DNA of 56,058 nucleotides from Octopus sinensis (taxonomy: Eukaryota). Numbering within the stretch: position 1 is the stretch's first letter; each line of letters starts with the position of its first letter. The notes beneath the pieces are model-generated. The model made no database searches. It was given only the letters and a program-made list of their open reading frames with translations, and was not told where the DNA came from. Location of the stretch: contig NW_021833858.1 in NCBI RefSeq assembly GCF_006345805.1, positions 1-56,058 on the forward strand, written 5' to 3'. The position numbers and the translations under genes were made by a program. Positions 1 through 12,238 of the stretch are shown here, piece by piece.

Positions 1-1040
1 ATCACAATATTTCACCAGGCAAATAAATATATAACTATCTAAAAGCATCCTCGATCTGGGAAGTGGCAAATATTGACTATGCATAACTAAGGGGGAAGAG
101 TGCAGTTGTATCAGACTAACCAGAGCTACAAAACTCCCGAGTGATACTCGATTCACGGAATGGCCCGCAGTATTGTCATTTTTAAACTATCTACAAAAAC
201 GCCATTACGATCCAATATTCCACCATGAATATTGGATCTTCATTAAAAAATCCAGAAACGATACAAAATTTTGAAACACATCTCAATTTGATCCTAAATC
301 ATTGTGGCGTAACATTCGTGACTGCATCAAATCATATGCCGGAGAAATTCTAAGATTCGTCAAATGCAAGCATCATGACTGCTTCAGTGAGAATGATTCT
401 CAAATCGAACTTCCCCTAAAAGCTATGCACGAAAGCTCACATAAAACTCACCTGTACACATTTTTAAACATCTCGAAGAAAATTGCTCACAAAAAATTGC
501 GCGGGAATAATATATTTTGGTAGGCAAAAAAAGAAAGCCCCAAAATTGTAATTGGTCGGTAACACTCCAAAACTAAGAGCCTTGCATGATAATTTGAAAG
601 ACATATTTGTTACAAAAAGAGCACTAACTTATGCTGTCTAATAACGGGTCAAATCTCTTAAGTAGCAAAGATGAAATTCTGAAAAGATGGTCTGAGCACT
701 ATAAATCCCATAGAAGTGTATAAGCATGGGAACGCACAACTTCGAAGAAAGCTGTAAAAATTAACTGTTTGATCAGGGAAACTGCATTAGTTTTCCAACA
801 AGTCAGAGATGCATCTGTAACGCATTTGTACAAAAACAAGGCGAAGTTGAGTGGATGTGGTTATTACAGAAGAATAGTTTTGCCGTGCATAGTTCAAAAA
901 ATTCTTACGACGGTGATTCTTAACCGCACCAATTAGCATGTAATAAAAAACAATATATCCTGAATCCCAGAATCGATTTCCGACTCGGAAAAGCACAGAT
1001 GATATGATCGTTGCTCTTAAGCAAATTCAAGAAAAAGCAC
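1..1040 (+). mobile_element. Decayed RTE-clade LINE fragment (endonuclease end, linker, RT N-terminal part)
   Basis: Interrupted translation gives W.NIRDCIKSYAGEIL..KCKHHDCFSENDSQI (RKHQDWFDEND-like), then DASVTHLYKNK, ILNR, IYPESQNRF..RKSTDDMIVALKQIQEKAREQ, typical of RTE/BovB-like RT. Many stops and frameshifts. Confidence 0.8.
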
Positions 1041-1359
1041 GTGAGCAAACCACTGATTGGTAGGTATATGACCGGCGCTACACTAGTATAAGGAAAAGCG
1101 ATAAACCCGCTTGCAACAGAGTGAACTCAGTTAAAGTTATCCAACAGCGAAGTAACGACTTTAAGTCTACCATGCCCCACAACTAAGATGGTTTACCGAA
1201 ATAAAAAGCACACAATGTTCTTCGAGCAAATTTATATCTGGCATTGGGCGAATAGATTTGATGCAAGTTAGTGACCCAAAATTCTGCACAATGATATCGA
1301 ACCAAAAACCAAACAGCTGGTAAGTGACATTTTCTCTTAAAGTGTACTAATATTTATCA

Positions 1360-2610
1360 TAATATTTGTTGCTTCTTGAAGAAGCATCTTACATTTCTAT
1401 ACCTAAATGATCTATAAAACTGATACTTGCGTCAAATTATAATAATATTTCGATTTTAAGTTTTCATAGTGACAAATCTACTGGAAAACTTATAGTTAAT
1501 GATCATTTTGATCGCTAATCCTTCGGCAAGTTACGACAAGTTGTAAACTTCCACCGCCAACTCACGGCTGGAAGAAAGTGAAACGTGTTCTAAATGTCTT
1601 CCAACGCTTGCTGATACAAACTGCAAAATGATATTCATCATAAAGATATATTGTTTGTCCTTAATTGCATAATAGCTTCTACTTTACTTTTGTAATGTTC
1701 CATACGGTGAATACCCTTACACAGTAAATGTATAATACCCACACATAATTTACAGGTGTTAATTATGAGCAATGTAGTGTAAAATATCAATATCATATCA
1801 GGAATCGATATCAAATAACAACGTAATAAACTTATTCATTGACTGAAAGTGTCAATAAAACCTTTGGATTTTTAAAGAAAATGATATTGTTTGTAGAAAA
1901 ATTTTTATAATGAAGCTCGAATCTCCAAGTGAAACAAGTATGAAGCAAGTTAATCTATAAAACACATGCTTCTACCTGTTTTCCTCAACTGGTGATCAAG
2001 ACCTTGACTTCAGCCATGAGGTCAATTCGGGTTTTATATATCGGTATATGTTGATAAGAAACATTGTGGCATGAAAATATCGATCACATGCAAGCACATC
2101 TAGTCTGTGGCTTCATTTAATGTACTGACTGACAGCTTTTGCAGAGTGTTGTTTGCATTGCCTTGATGCAGCCTCTGAATAGGAATTGATGTATTTTCTA
2201 ATGAGGATATGTGCAAGGAGCCTGTTCAGAGAAAGGTATAGAAATTGTTCGACAAACACTTCTGACAATTTCCGGAGGTAAAGCAGGAGAAAATTCCGCT
2301 CTTGGACATGTGGCCTTTAACAGCAATCCTCTTCTGCCAGATTTGACAACAGTCTTCAGCAGATTCGTATAGCCGTCTCAAATATGCCCTGTTTATCAGT
2401 TGCTTGATGGATTCCGACATGCAAATGCAGTCAGAACACCTGCTATGTCCTTTTGCTGGCCACAATATCAGAGTTGCAGCCGTTCATGCCATATCATATA
2501 GCCTTTACAGTATTCACAGATCATGGAACATGATATCTATACTTTGATACCCGATGTAAATCATCACGATACAAGAAACCCCTTCCTAATATTCAAACGT
2601 CCTGGAAGTA
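1360..2610 (+). pseudogene. Decayed intronless coding-like segment of unknown family, copy 1 (inverted paralog of 54313-56058)
   Basis: Clear homology by eye to the reverse complement of 54313-56058. Differences cluster at third codon positions (MKLESPSETS; PDLTTVFS; GFR.A.AVR; CWPQY.SCS; SQIME). About 390 bp deleted relative to copy 2. Confidence 0.55.
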
Positions 2611-2699
2611 GAAATTTAAGAAAGAAGGCAAAATGACGGTTACGCTTACGTGTATTTCTTGTTTTGAAAGCCTACCTCGAAAAGATTTTAAATGAATAA

Positions 2700-2885
2700 C
2701 AGGCGCAGAGTGGCTGTGTAAGTAGCCACGTACCATGTGGCTGGTAAGTAGCTTTCTTACCAACCACATAGTTCTGGATTCAATCCCACTGCGTGGCACC
2801 TTGGGCAAGTGCCTCCTACTATAGCCTCGGGCCGACCAAGCCTTGTGAGTGGATTTGGTAGACGGAAACTGAAAAAAGCCCGTCG

Positions 2886-2918
<33 letters not shown>

Positions 2919-3148
2919 TATATATGTATGTATGCATGTATTATGTGCTTGTATTTTGCGTTTGTCCCCCAACATCGCTTGACAACCGATGCTGGTGTGT
3001 TTACATCCCCGTAACTTAGCGGTTCGGCAAAATAGACCGATAGAATAAGTACTAGGTTTACAAAGAATAAGTCCTGGGGGCAATTTTCTCGACTAAAGGT
3101 GGTGCTCCAGCATGGCCGCAGTCAAATGACTGAAACAAGTAAAGAGAC
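2700..3148 (+). mobile_element. tRNA-derived SINE, family A, with internal (TA)n
   Basis: B-box-like GGATTCAATCCC then CACTGCGTGGCACCTTGGGCAAG; near-full homolog at 11969-12470. Resembles octopus OR-type CORE-SINEs (recalled, not searched). Confidence 0.85.
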
Positions 3149-3600
3149 ATAAAACAAAATATCATGCGAAGAAGGTTTTCCTACGGACGAACCGTTGTTA
3201 CATTTAATTAAGCAAATTATCCAAAGCAAATCCATGGCAGTAAAGGTGCCCGACAAAACAATTATTAAAAGTGCCTCTTTATAGAAGAGAATGTTTGGTG
3301 ATGACATCGAAAGCAGAATAATAGAAACCAACTCATTATTCGTCTTTGCCTTTCTGAACAACGTTGGAGGCATTGTGAATGTAAGTATGGTAAAATGGGA
3401 AAACTTGATTGCAGTAAACATATATTTTTAACTAGTGGGTCATGAGAGTATACAAGACTGCTTCTCGTAAACTGCTCAGGAGTACATGATTTGAGATGAG
3501 TGGTGGAAAGTTGAAAGCTTCAATATTTTAAGTAAACGGGAGACCGACTTTCTGAAGCGAATACAAGTGTATTCTCCTTGAGCAGGTAGGTATACATAAA
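3130..3600 (-). mobile_element. Possible heavily decayed Penelope-like RT fragment
   Basis: Minus-strand translation has HLYSLQKV..NFPPLI (LYGLPKIH..PPLRPI-like) and CNNGSSVGKPSS (GV.MGSPLS-like). Weak similarity only. Confidence 0.35.
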
Positions 3601-4529
3601 AGTAGAAATTCAAAGTCAAATTTAGAATTTTAATTTCAAATTTTAATTAAAACTTTAGATTTTAAATTTTAATCTTAACTCTTAAATTTTACATCTTATG
3701 TTTGGTAGTATGGGCATCTATTTCTAACACTATACCAACCAAACTTGCCCTGATTCTCCCAACTTCTCCATTAATATCAGACCATCTACTACATCAAACT
3801 TTCAGTACCTTTTCACAACCGTTTTATAACGCTCAATACATCCTCTCTCTCCCATTGCTACCCAACCTGTAGGTCTGTTATCTTCTACTCTTCATTCCCT
3901 ATCTATTTTGTTCGCGCACGCAACCGCTAACCGTTTTTAACAAGAGTACCCTTCGCTATGCCAATTAGTATATATCTAATACAAAACAACCCACCTGCCT
4001 GTCCTATTATAGTGTAGTATATTCAAATTTACTTCAGTCTGTATCCAACTGGAACAAGTAATATCTATTTCCCTTGTCATGGTTTATAATCAAACCATTC
4101 CCTCTTTTTATTCTCCTAATGGATATTACCAGATTTCTTTTTTTGTGCACAGATCTACCCAATGAATACCCATTTTTAAATGGATTTTTAAAATTGAATT
4201 TCTCCTCCTTTCTCGACAAAATGAACTACAATAATATTATGGATGAGTAATATTCCTTCACAGATACATCTGTCTAACTTCTCTTTCTCTCTCTTTCTCT
4301 CTCCCTCTCCCTCTATGATGACTATGTTACATCTGTCTAGCCTCTCTCCCCCTCTCTCTCTCTGATGACGATGCGCTCAGCCTATAGAGTTCTCGCTAAG
4401 CACGATGTTCCAATAGCTTGGATATTCTAGAAACAACTGTTAGAGACAATGTATAGCCTTTTTATTACATATTTAAATTAATGTCCTCGTCAAGTCTTGC
4501 TAAATGGTTTACCTTTTCATTTTTGTTTA

Positions 4530-4561
<32 letters not shown>

Positions 4562-4648
4562 GCCTTTATGTCTATCTATCTATCTATCTATCTATCTCTC
4601 TATCAATCTATTTATCTGCCTTTCTGTCTATCTATCTATCTATCTATA

Positions 4649-4700
<52 letters not shown>

Positions 4701-4740
4701 AATCTATCTATCTATCTATCATCTATCTATCTATCTCTCT
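4530..4740. repeat. (CTAT)n/(GATA)n microsatellite followed by (TA)n
   Basis: Directly visible; explains the SIYL-repeat ORFs. Confidence 0.95.
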
Positions 4741-4741
4741 G

Positions 4742-4781
<40 letters not shown>

Positions 4782-4980
4782 TAAAGTATATTCTGTATAA
4801 TGCTTTAGAACTGGAAACTCCTTGTATCTTACGCTCTGTTTTACATTGCTGATTATTTAACAAAGTAGGAACGAAATCTGCGCGACAGTAGGGAAGCAGA
4901 ATATTATTACTCAGAAATCTCGAAGGATAATCATACTCCAAAGTGTTTGGGGAGTTTTTGCTTATATATTGAGGAGGGAT

Positions 4981-5360
4981 CTAGCTGATTATATCGAGCC
5001 CAGTACTCAAATTTTACCCATCTTTTCGAACTCGAAACGATGAAAGGTAAAGTCATCCCCGGGGGAATTTGAACTTAGAACGTAAAGACGGACGAAATAC
5101 TGCAAAATATTTCGTCTGGCATGCTAACGATTCAGCCAGTTCACTACCGTAATAATAATGATTTCAAATTTTGGTCAGTAATTTTGTGGGAGGGAGAAAG
5201 TCGATTTCATCGACACCAGTACTCAATTGGTACTTAATTTATCGACCCCAAAAGAATAAATGGCAAAGTCGACCTTGGCAAAATTTGAACTCAGAACGTA
5301 AAATCAGCTGAAGTGTCACTAAGCACTTTGCCGGCGTGCTAACGATTCTGCCAGCTCAAA
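4981..5360 (-). mobile_element. Two adjacent tRNA-derived SINE family B copies
   Basis: Reverse complement of GTTCTGAGTTCAAATTCCGCCGAGGTCGACTTTGCCTTTCATCCTTTCGGGGTCGATAAA..AGTACC, at about 4981-5150 and 5160-5360. Confidence 0.8.
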
Positions 5361-5989
5361 TATTGGGAAATCCCCAAAGTATCAGAATTACAAAAAAACA
5401 AATATTAAAAAAAGTCCAGTAACTTCACTTCATCGCAGGGAAGTTCACCGTCATTAATTCAACATTTCTTTTTTGTTCGTTGTTCCTTTTTCAATAAAAT
5501 TGTTTGTATTTATTAATTGAGATACTTTGGGTATAATTTCTCGGTAAACTTTCCTTGCGGTGGAATTGATGGCAGTGAACTTTCTTGGCGATGAACTGCT
5601 GGCAGTGAACTTATCTGTAATCAAAAATATTTCTATATCAGGGAACCTAAAAGTATCAGAGAAAATAGCACAGCTTCCATGACTTTCGGAAACATTTTTC
5701 CACGCTAAGAGTTGCTGAAGTATGGAACAAACTGCCGGCATCAGTTGTTAGTTATCGGAGCACTGCATCCTTCAAAACTTCCATGCTTCCTGAGATTCGC
5801 CAACACTGCACCTGATTTTCCCCCCTCCATACATACGCAAGCATGTATCTGACTCATACACAGTTCACTTCCCAGACATTTGTACACTACTTCATATGCT
5901 TTATACGCACTTTTGACAAGTTGTGGTGCACCTGAGCACTACATACAGTAAGTTCATTATTATTATTATTACTATTATTATTACCTTTT

Positions 5990-6275
5990 TTTTTCTTCTT
6001 TCAAATTTGCTTCCATTTCTTGCCGTGTGTCTTCCCGACTCCTAGGGCAATAAAACTCATAGTATATATTGATAGGCCATTAAACCAAACTCAATAGTTC
6101 GTTAATTTAAAAAATTTTTTTTTTTAAAGTTAAATTAAAATACATGAGCAGCAACAGTTCTCACATCGACAATGCTCTTCTCAATACGTGTGATGTACCA
6201 GTTAAGACAATCTTTTGCACTTCTTGCAGGGATGGTAAGCCAGGGATCATACTCATATAATTTTCGGTTCCCTTC
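5990..6275 (-). mobile_element. 3' end of RLE-type (R4/Dong-like) LINE, family B, abutting (TAA)n
   Basis: Minus strand encodes MIPGLPSLQEVQKIVLTGTSH.LRRALSM-like C-terminus; the 3' UTR ends at the (TTA)n at about 5955-5985. Confidence 0.7.
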
Positions 6276-6277
6276 GT

Positions 6278-6279
6278 GA

Positions 6280-6312
<33 letters not shown>

Positions 6313-6425
6313 TATTATTATTATTATATTATTATTATTATTATTATATTATTATATTATTATTATTATTATTATTATATTATATTATTATTATTATTAT
6401 TGTTATTATTATATATTATTATTAT
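6278..6425. repeat. (TTA)n microsatellite
   Basis: Directly visible. Confidence 0.95.
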
Positions 6426-6905
6426 GTTTTTTCCTTCTTTCTTCAAATTTTCTTCCGTTTCTCGACGAGTGTTTTCCATACACCTAGGGTAGAGAAGGGC
6501 ATTGTATGCATTCCCAGATTACACGCGCAAATTCACAGATAAAATATGTATTTGAAAATTAATAAATAAATAAATTCATGGATGGATGTTATTTTCACAG
6601 CGATAGTGCTCTTCTTAGTACATGAGCCGTTCCAGTTAATACGATTTTTTGCACTTCCTGTAGGGATGGTAAGCCTGGAATCATTTTCAAATAGGTTTCG
6701 GTACCTTTTTTAATCATTCCTAGATATCCTACAATCACTGGTACTGTAGTCGCCTTGAGATGCCACACTTTTTCAATTTCTGTTAGCAGGTCTTTATATT
6801 TACTAATCTTGTCAAATTCTTTCGCCGCTACATTGTGATCACAGGGAATACTCATGTCAATTAATAAACACATCATTTTTGTCTGATCTTTTATAATAAT
6901 ATCTG
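6426..6905 (-). mobile_element. 3' end of RLE-type (R4/Dong-like) LINE, family B, second copy
   Basis: ORF 6595-6876 CLLIDMSIPCDHNV..KEFDKISKYKDL..EIEKVW..TVPVIVG.LG..QKIVLTGTAHVLRR is the C-terminal restriction-like endonuclease; its 3' end abuts (TAA)n. Confidence 0.9.
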
Positions 6906-6959
6906 AAGTGGTAATTACCTGAACTACTAATTACCCGCAATGATAATTATTTTATCAAC

Positions 6960-7900
6960 TCTGTAAAGATGAAAGGCAAAATCAACATCGACAACATTTG
7001 AACTAAGAACGTAGTGAGATGGAAGAAATTGCTAAGCATATATTTGATTATAAGCGATAATAACGAGCTGAAATAGGAAATCAATTAGAACGAGTTAATT
7101 AGGGAATCAATTGTATGTGAAAAATAAAGAATGTAAGTATCATATCAGTAATCGTAGGTGCATTAGAGACAGCAAAAGAAAACAATAGCAAAACAGCTAG
7201 AGAAAATCGAAGCAGATTATGAGATAGAGCTATTACAAACAGTTGTTTATTGCCAACTGCTAAAATATTACGAGGGTGAACTAGATTGATGGAAAGGAAT
7301 GGAAAATGCAAGGAGGCGGTTCCTTGATAGATAAGACTATCGAAGAAGGAAAATTATTAAGTTAGGCTTGTTCTCTCTCTCTCTCTCTCTCTCCCTCTCT
7401 CTCTCTTCCGAATAGTGCAATGCTGCTTTTCTGCTTCGTTGAATCCTACCGTCACTTTTTGGACTAATACTTTCATATAGAGTAATTTAAAATCGGTGTA
7501 AAAACAAATTTTCTCCTCTTCCTCATTAAGGTTAGACGTTTGTTTTCCTGTAGTAGGCTGACTGCAAGTCCTTATATACACTTTTTAATTCTTCCTTTCT
7601 CTGATCAACACTAGGATACTCGGCGTATTTCTATTTTTTTTCCTTTCACACATCAACGTTGAAAACATGCCAGTGATACGTCCACCCAGTCTTGCCCCCA
7701 CTATCTATACCGGAAGCCTTGACAAATACAACGAATAGGATAACAGTTGTGAGAATGATAGTAATGATACTAATATGTATGGAAGTGAAGATAATAAAAG
7801 TTGTAGAAATAATAATGATGATTATGAGGACAGTAGTAGTAGTAGTTGTAGTAGCAGTAGTAATAACAGCAGCAGCAGCAGCAACAGCATGGTTTCAAGT
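6960..7900 (+). repeat. Composite block (SINE-B fragment, RLE-LINE tail, unclassified segment, trinucleotide tail); inverted copies at 51530-52290 and 46650-47070
   Basis: Shared segments include GGAAGAAATTGCTAA..ATGTGAAAAATAAAG, GTAATTTAAAATC, CTATACCG.AAG.CTTGA.AAATACAA. The RLE tail at 7090-7270 reads IISVIVGALETAKENN..LEKI. Confidence 0.75.
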
Positions 7901-8095
7901 TTTGGCACAAGGCCAGCAATATCGGGGAAGCCATAAGTCGATTACATCGACCCTAGCAATCAAGAAGTACTAATTTTATCGAACTAGAAATGATGAAAGG
8001 CAAAGTCGTCCTCAGCGGAATTTGAACTCAGTACGTGAAGATGGACGAAATGCTGCTAAGCATTCTACGCGGCGTGCTAATGATTCTGCCAGGTC
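7890..8095 (-). mobile_element. SINE family B copy
   Basis: ATGAAAGGCAAAGTCGTCCTCAGCGGAATTTGAACTCAGTACGT is the reverse complement of the family B head. Confidence 0.8.
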
Positions 8096-8619
8096 GAGGT
8101 GATGTTGAAGGACAAATCTAAGTGATACCCGTATGAAGCTAGATGAAAAGGTTTTAAACAGAATAAATTGCTTCAATCAACCAAAACAAGGCATTTTGAA
8201 GAAATAGTGGGGGAACATCAGGAAGTGATTGCTGATGTGGAAGAAAGTAAAACTTTTGGGGGATAACATTGAGACTTAACGAAAGTGCAGAGTGGTAACA
8301 GGTGAAGAGACAAGCAGTTGATGCACATGTTCTCTGCTTGAAAGCTTGAAAGTTAATATTAATTCAATTAAAAATATTTAGCCACTCTTCAGGTCAAAAT
8401 ATAACTAAATATAACTGAGTAACTAAATAGTGGTTTGTCTCTAAATTTTATATATACATATATAATATATATTGTGATTTTTTGACTTAGTGTGCTAAAT
8501 TAAATTTTTTCCCTGTTGACTTGGAATTATTATATTCCCTATCTTGTAAGAATATTAATATTTGTATTTATAACTACCGTTTGTCGATTATATTTAAGTT
8601 TCCATTTCGTTAGTAATGG

Positions 8620-10200
8620 CGTTTTCATGTTAGAGAGAACCGCTATTTTGGAATTCATCTTTGAAAGATATTCTTATCCCACCTAGAGAAGAATATACTT
8701 TGAAACTAACTAATAATGTTAAAAATGTTATTAATCGGATTAAAAGGAAAGCCTACTTCATTAATTGTAATATATCTAATATTAACGATGTAGGTAGTAC
8801 TAATTAATATTAATACAAAATTTATATCTAGAAAGGAACACCGTATAATACAGGGAAATACAGGGTTTAGAAGATAATATTTGCAAAGTAGTGAAAAATA
8901 TTAAATTTCATAGATACCCAAATAGGCACAATAAATATTTAAGAAATCTAGCTATAAAAATAACAGAAGTACAATCCGATAAAACTAGGAACCAGTATAA
9001 ACTGAATGTTAAATTATATGATAATTTATTGGAAAAAGAAATAAATAAAAAATATAAAATTGTTTCTGAAAATACTCTTACTAATATAAATAAATCTTCT
9101 TAATTAATCATGATGAAATTTGAGTTAGACAATAGAACTGAACCTTATGTAACTATGCACCCTAGAATTACTTTAAAAGACCACAAAAATAATTTTTATT
9201 CTGACCCAAAATTTAGACAATTTGTCCATGTAAATCAGATCTAGTAAGTAAGATCATTTTAGATAATTATATTAATATCTGAAACTTTGGAGTTGTACTA
9301 ATGATACTTTCGAGTAGTACTAATGATACTTTAAAATGGTTTAATAATACTAACGATAAAAATAGATATAAATTCAATCAAATAAATATAGATAATTATT
9401 CTTCTATAAATGAGACTGTACTAAACTAATTTATGTAATGAATAAAGTTGGAATGACTTATGATAAAGTTAAGATAAATTAGATGTAATAATAAATTGTG
9501 GGCTAAGAAGGATACTAGAGATTATTTTGATATACCAATGGGGGCACCCGATTCTGCCGAGTTGACTGATTTAGTAGGTATTTACTTATTATCGGAACTT
9601 CAATTAGAATAATTAAATTTGGGGGTGGACTATATAGAGATGACCTTTTTATTATTAAATAAGAATTGCACCAATAGAACACTAGAAATATATAAGAAGA
9701 AACTATAAAAAATTTTCTTAAAAGATATGGATTAGGTATTACTATAGATAAAAAGAACTATAATGTTAATTATTTAGATGCTAATTTTAATTTAATAACA
9801 GATAAGATCCAAACATTCCATGAAATTAAGGAATACCTTAGCTATATATATGCTAATAATAATCACCCACCCATAATGAAAAGATCGTTGATAATAATAT
9901 AGGAAAAAGAATTTTGGCTCTTCTAATTTTAAGATTTTCTAAAAACACGCACCTTATTATAATGAAGCCTTGAGGGAGGCGGGATATAATAAAAGTATTA
10001 AATCCCTCAATAATTGTAGTTTTAATAATAATATAAAAAATAATAATATAAATGATTCTTATGATATTTATAATAATAACCTAATATTAAGAATTATTAT
10101 AAGTTTAGATCAGTTAATTATGTTTTTAATATTCGGTTTTATGATAATACAAAAAATAAATATGGTTTTTTTAAACTGTTTAATAATTGCTTTAAAATTT
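8620..10200 (+). mobile_element. Decayed Penelope-like element RT ORF, Naiad-like
   Basis: Motifs in order: SLKDILIPPREEYTLKL..RIKRKAYF (about 8660-8760), DKTRNQYKL..YDNLL (about 8980), RITLKDHKNNF (9164-9196), FDIPMGAPDSAELTDLVGIYLL (9526-9590), GGLYRDDLFI (9624-9653), NHPPI, YNEALREAGY. Multiple frameshifts; cut off at about 10200. Confidence 0.8.
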
Positions 10201-10202
10201 TG

Positions 10203-11795
10203 ACCTGGAGTACCGAGTGCCTTTGCTCTGTTTTGAACTGTTGCTCTCTCTCTCTCTCTCTCTTCGTCTATCTTTTATTTAAAAAACACTCTTCATTGTG
10301 CTGTTAGTTTTTCTCTCCTTCCTTTTTGTTCGAACTTTTCTCTTCCTTCTTCCTTAATTATAGTGTATTTTAAGAACTATATTTTTTGACATTTAAAAAA
10401 AAAAACATGTCAAATAACAATGGAAAGCGGGTGGAGTGGAAATTACACCACCCCAAAAATGGTTAAAAGAACTTGAAAGTAAGATAGTGGTTTGAGGACC
10501 TACTCTAGGACCCTCGACGCCATTGCCATTTTCAGAAAGGATATAATCGAAAGAGAGCTGGCAGAATTTAAAACAGCGATTAAGTTTATCACTCGGGGAC
10601 GGGGGTCAAATACGTAACCATGTGGCTGCTGTTTGACTCCCCAGAAGTGGTTCGTAAATTTACGAGCCAGCCCCTGGAGGGCAATGAAATTTTGTTTCTT
10701 CCCACTTATTGTGAAAGAAGTTGACGAGGGCTTGGGATTGCAGTTTGCCACCCGGAATTGAGCCTGAGTGGATAGGAGATACTATCCGCCGGGTCTTGGG
10801 TGGCAGTAGCACCAAGTTATTCAACGTAAATATTCTCGCTGCGGCTGACTGGGAGGGGTCAAAAGCTACTTTGACCTTATGGACCCAGTCAGCCGAAAGT
10901 CTGGTATTTCCAGATTTTTTTAGAATGGCGGGGTCTAGATATCCGGTGATGCTTGAGGGACGACACCCTACCAAGTTTCATCGGCGCCTGGAGCCTGGCC
11001 ATATAAAAAAGAACTGTCCTCAAGGGCAAAGTAAAGTCCTGGAGCAGTTGACGGAGACATCTGTAGAGGATGGAATGAAGGCAGCCGAGGAGACGGAGAA
11101 CTCCTCAAAGAAGTTCTGCAAAAGGAAGAAGGTGAGAAATAATGGGAACTCACCGAAGGATCCTGGGAGGGGAGGCAAATTTCCCGGTCACGGAGGAGAC
11201 GCACCTTGCCCCAGTCGAGAAGAAAAAAGAGGAAGCGGTGGAGAATCGGGACATTGGCGGGAGTCGGAGACATGGCGCCGAAGTGTCCCGGAGCCTCAAC
11301 GGTTGTGCCACCGGCAGTGGGGAGACACCATTGGCGGGAATTGTGCCGCCAACGGTAGAATTGAGCCCTTCGGACACGGAGGACAAAGAACTGTTGGTCT
11401 TCTTTTATAGAAGTGGAGAAGTGGAAAAGGTGGTGGAAGAACATTACGTGGGAGTAACTTCACACGAGATCACGAATGGCCTCCGCAAATAGCTGTAGAG
11501 GTCATACGTTGCGCGTTACAAAGGCTGACGGGACTAAAAGAGGAATATCGCTCGTGGCCGGGTGACGCCAACTTTGAGCCCGCCTTGATTTTAAAGGAAG
11601 CATGGGAGATGCTAGAGTACACGGACACAAGCGATGATGAGGTGGGAAATCGATAAGATGTTGGAAAGGCTCAGTGTTATAAAGTGTAAGAGGCTCAGCG
11701 CTTCATTTGTAAATGGACAAATGTTGATTATATATTGAATATGTTATTGTATGGTATTGCATGTTACTTGTAATGGACTATTAAGTCCAATAATT
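10203..11795 (+). mobile_element. Tx1/L1-like ORF1 (gag-like) element with TC-rich 5' region and no ORF2
   Basis: Frameshifted ORF from about 10420 (RTYSRTLDAIAIFRKDIIEREL..) into ORF 10721-11410 with a degenerate zinc knuckle (FHRRLEPGHIKKNCP), a low-complexity charged C-terminus, a stop near 11690 and an AT-rich tail. GC-richer than flanks. Confidence 0.6.
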
Positions 11796-11968
11796 GTAAA
11801 AACTCGTGAGAGCTTCAATATCTTTCTTTTTTATATTGAAAAAATTAAGGTTTTAGAGAAGAAGAAAATCGTCAGGCGTTTTTTATTTCATCATTTACCT
11901 CATCAATGTATGTGTCCAGCCCACAAGCTACTCTTTGTAATGCCTTTATGGCAAATCTTAATGAAATA

Positions 11969-12203
11969 AAGTAGCTTGCTTACCAACCACATGATTCCGG
12001 GTTCAATCCCACTGCGTGACACTTTGGGGAGGTGTCTTCTACTATAGGTGTCTTCTACTCGGACCGACCAAACCCCTTGTGAGTGGATTTGGTAGACGGA
12101 ACTTAAAGAAGCCCGTTGTATATATGTATATATATATATATTATATATATATATGTATATATATACTTATATATATATGTGTGTATATATATATGTGTGT
12201 GTG

Positions 12204-12238
<35 letters not shown>

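Noticed and set aside
2226-2610. Alternative genetic code (TGA=Trp) or numt to explain shared TGA codons in the duplicated segment
   Set aside because: The TGA-rich frame is not the one showing synonymous-site bias, and no mitochondrial protein motifs are visible.
10968-11444. 158-aa minus-strand ORF and other ORFs overlapping the gag-like and LINE ORFs
   Set aside because: Antisense shadows of GC-richer transposon coding sequence; no motifs.
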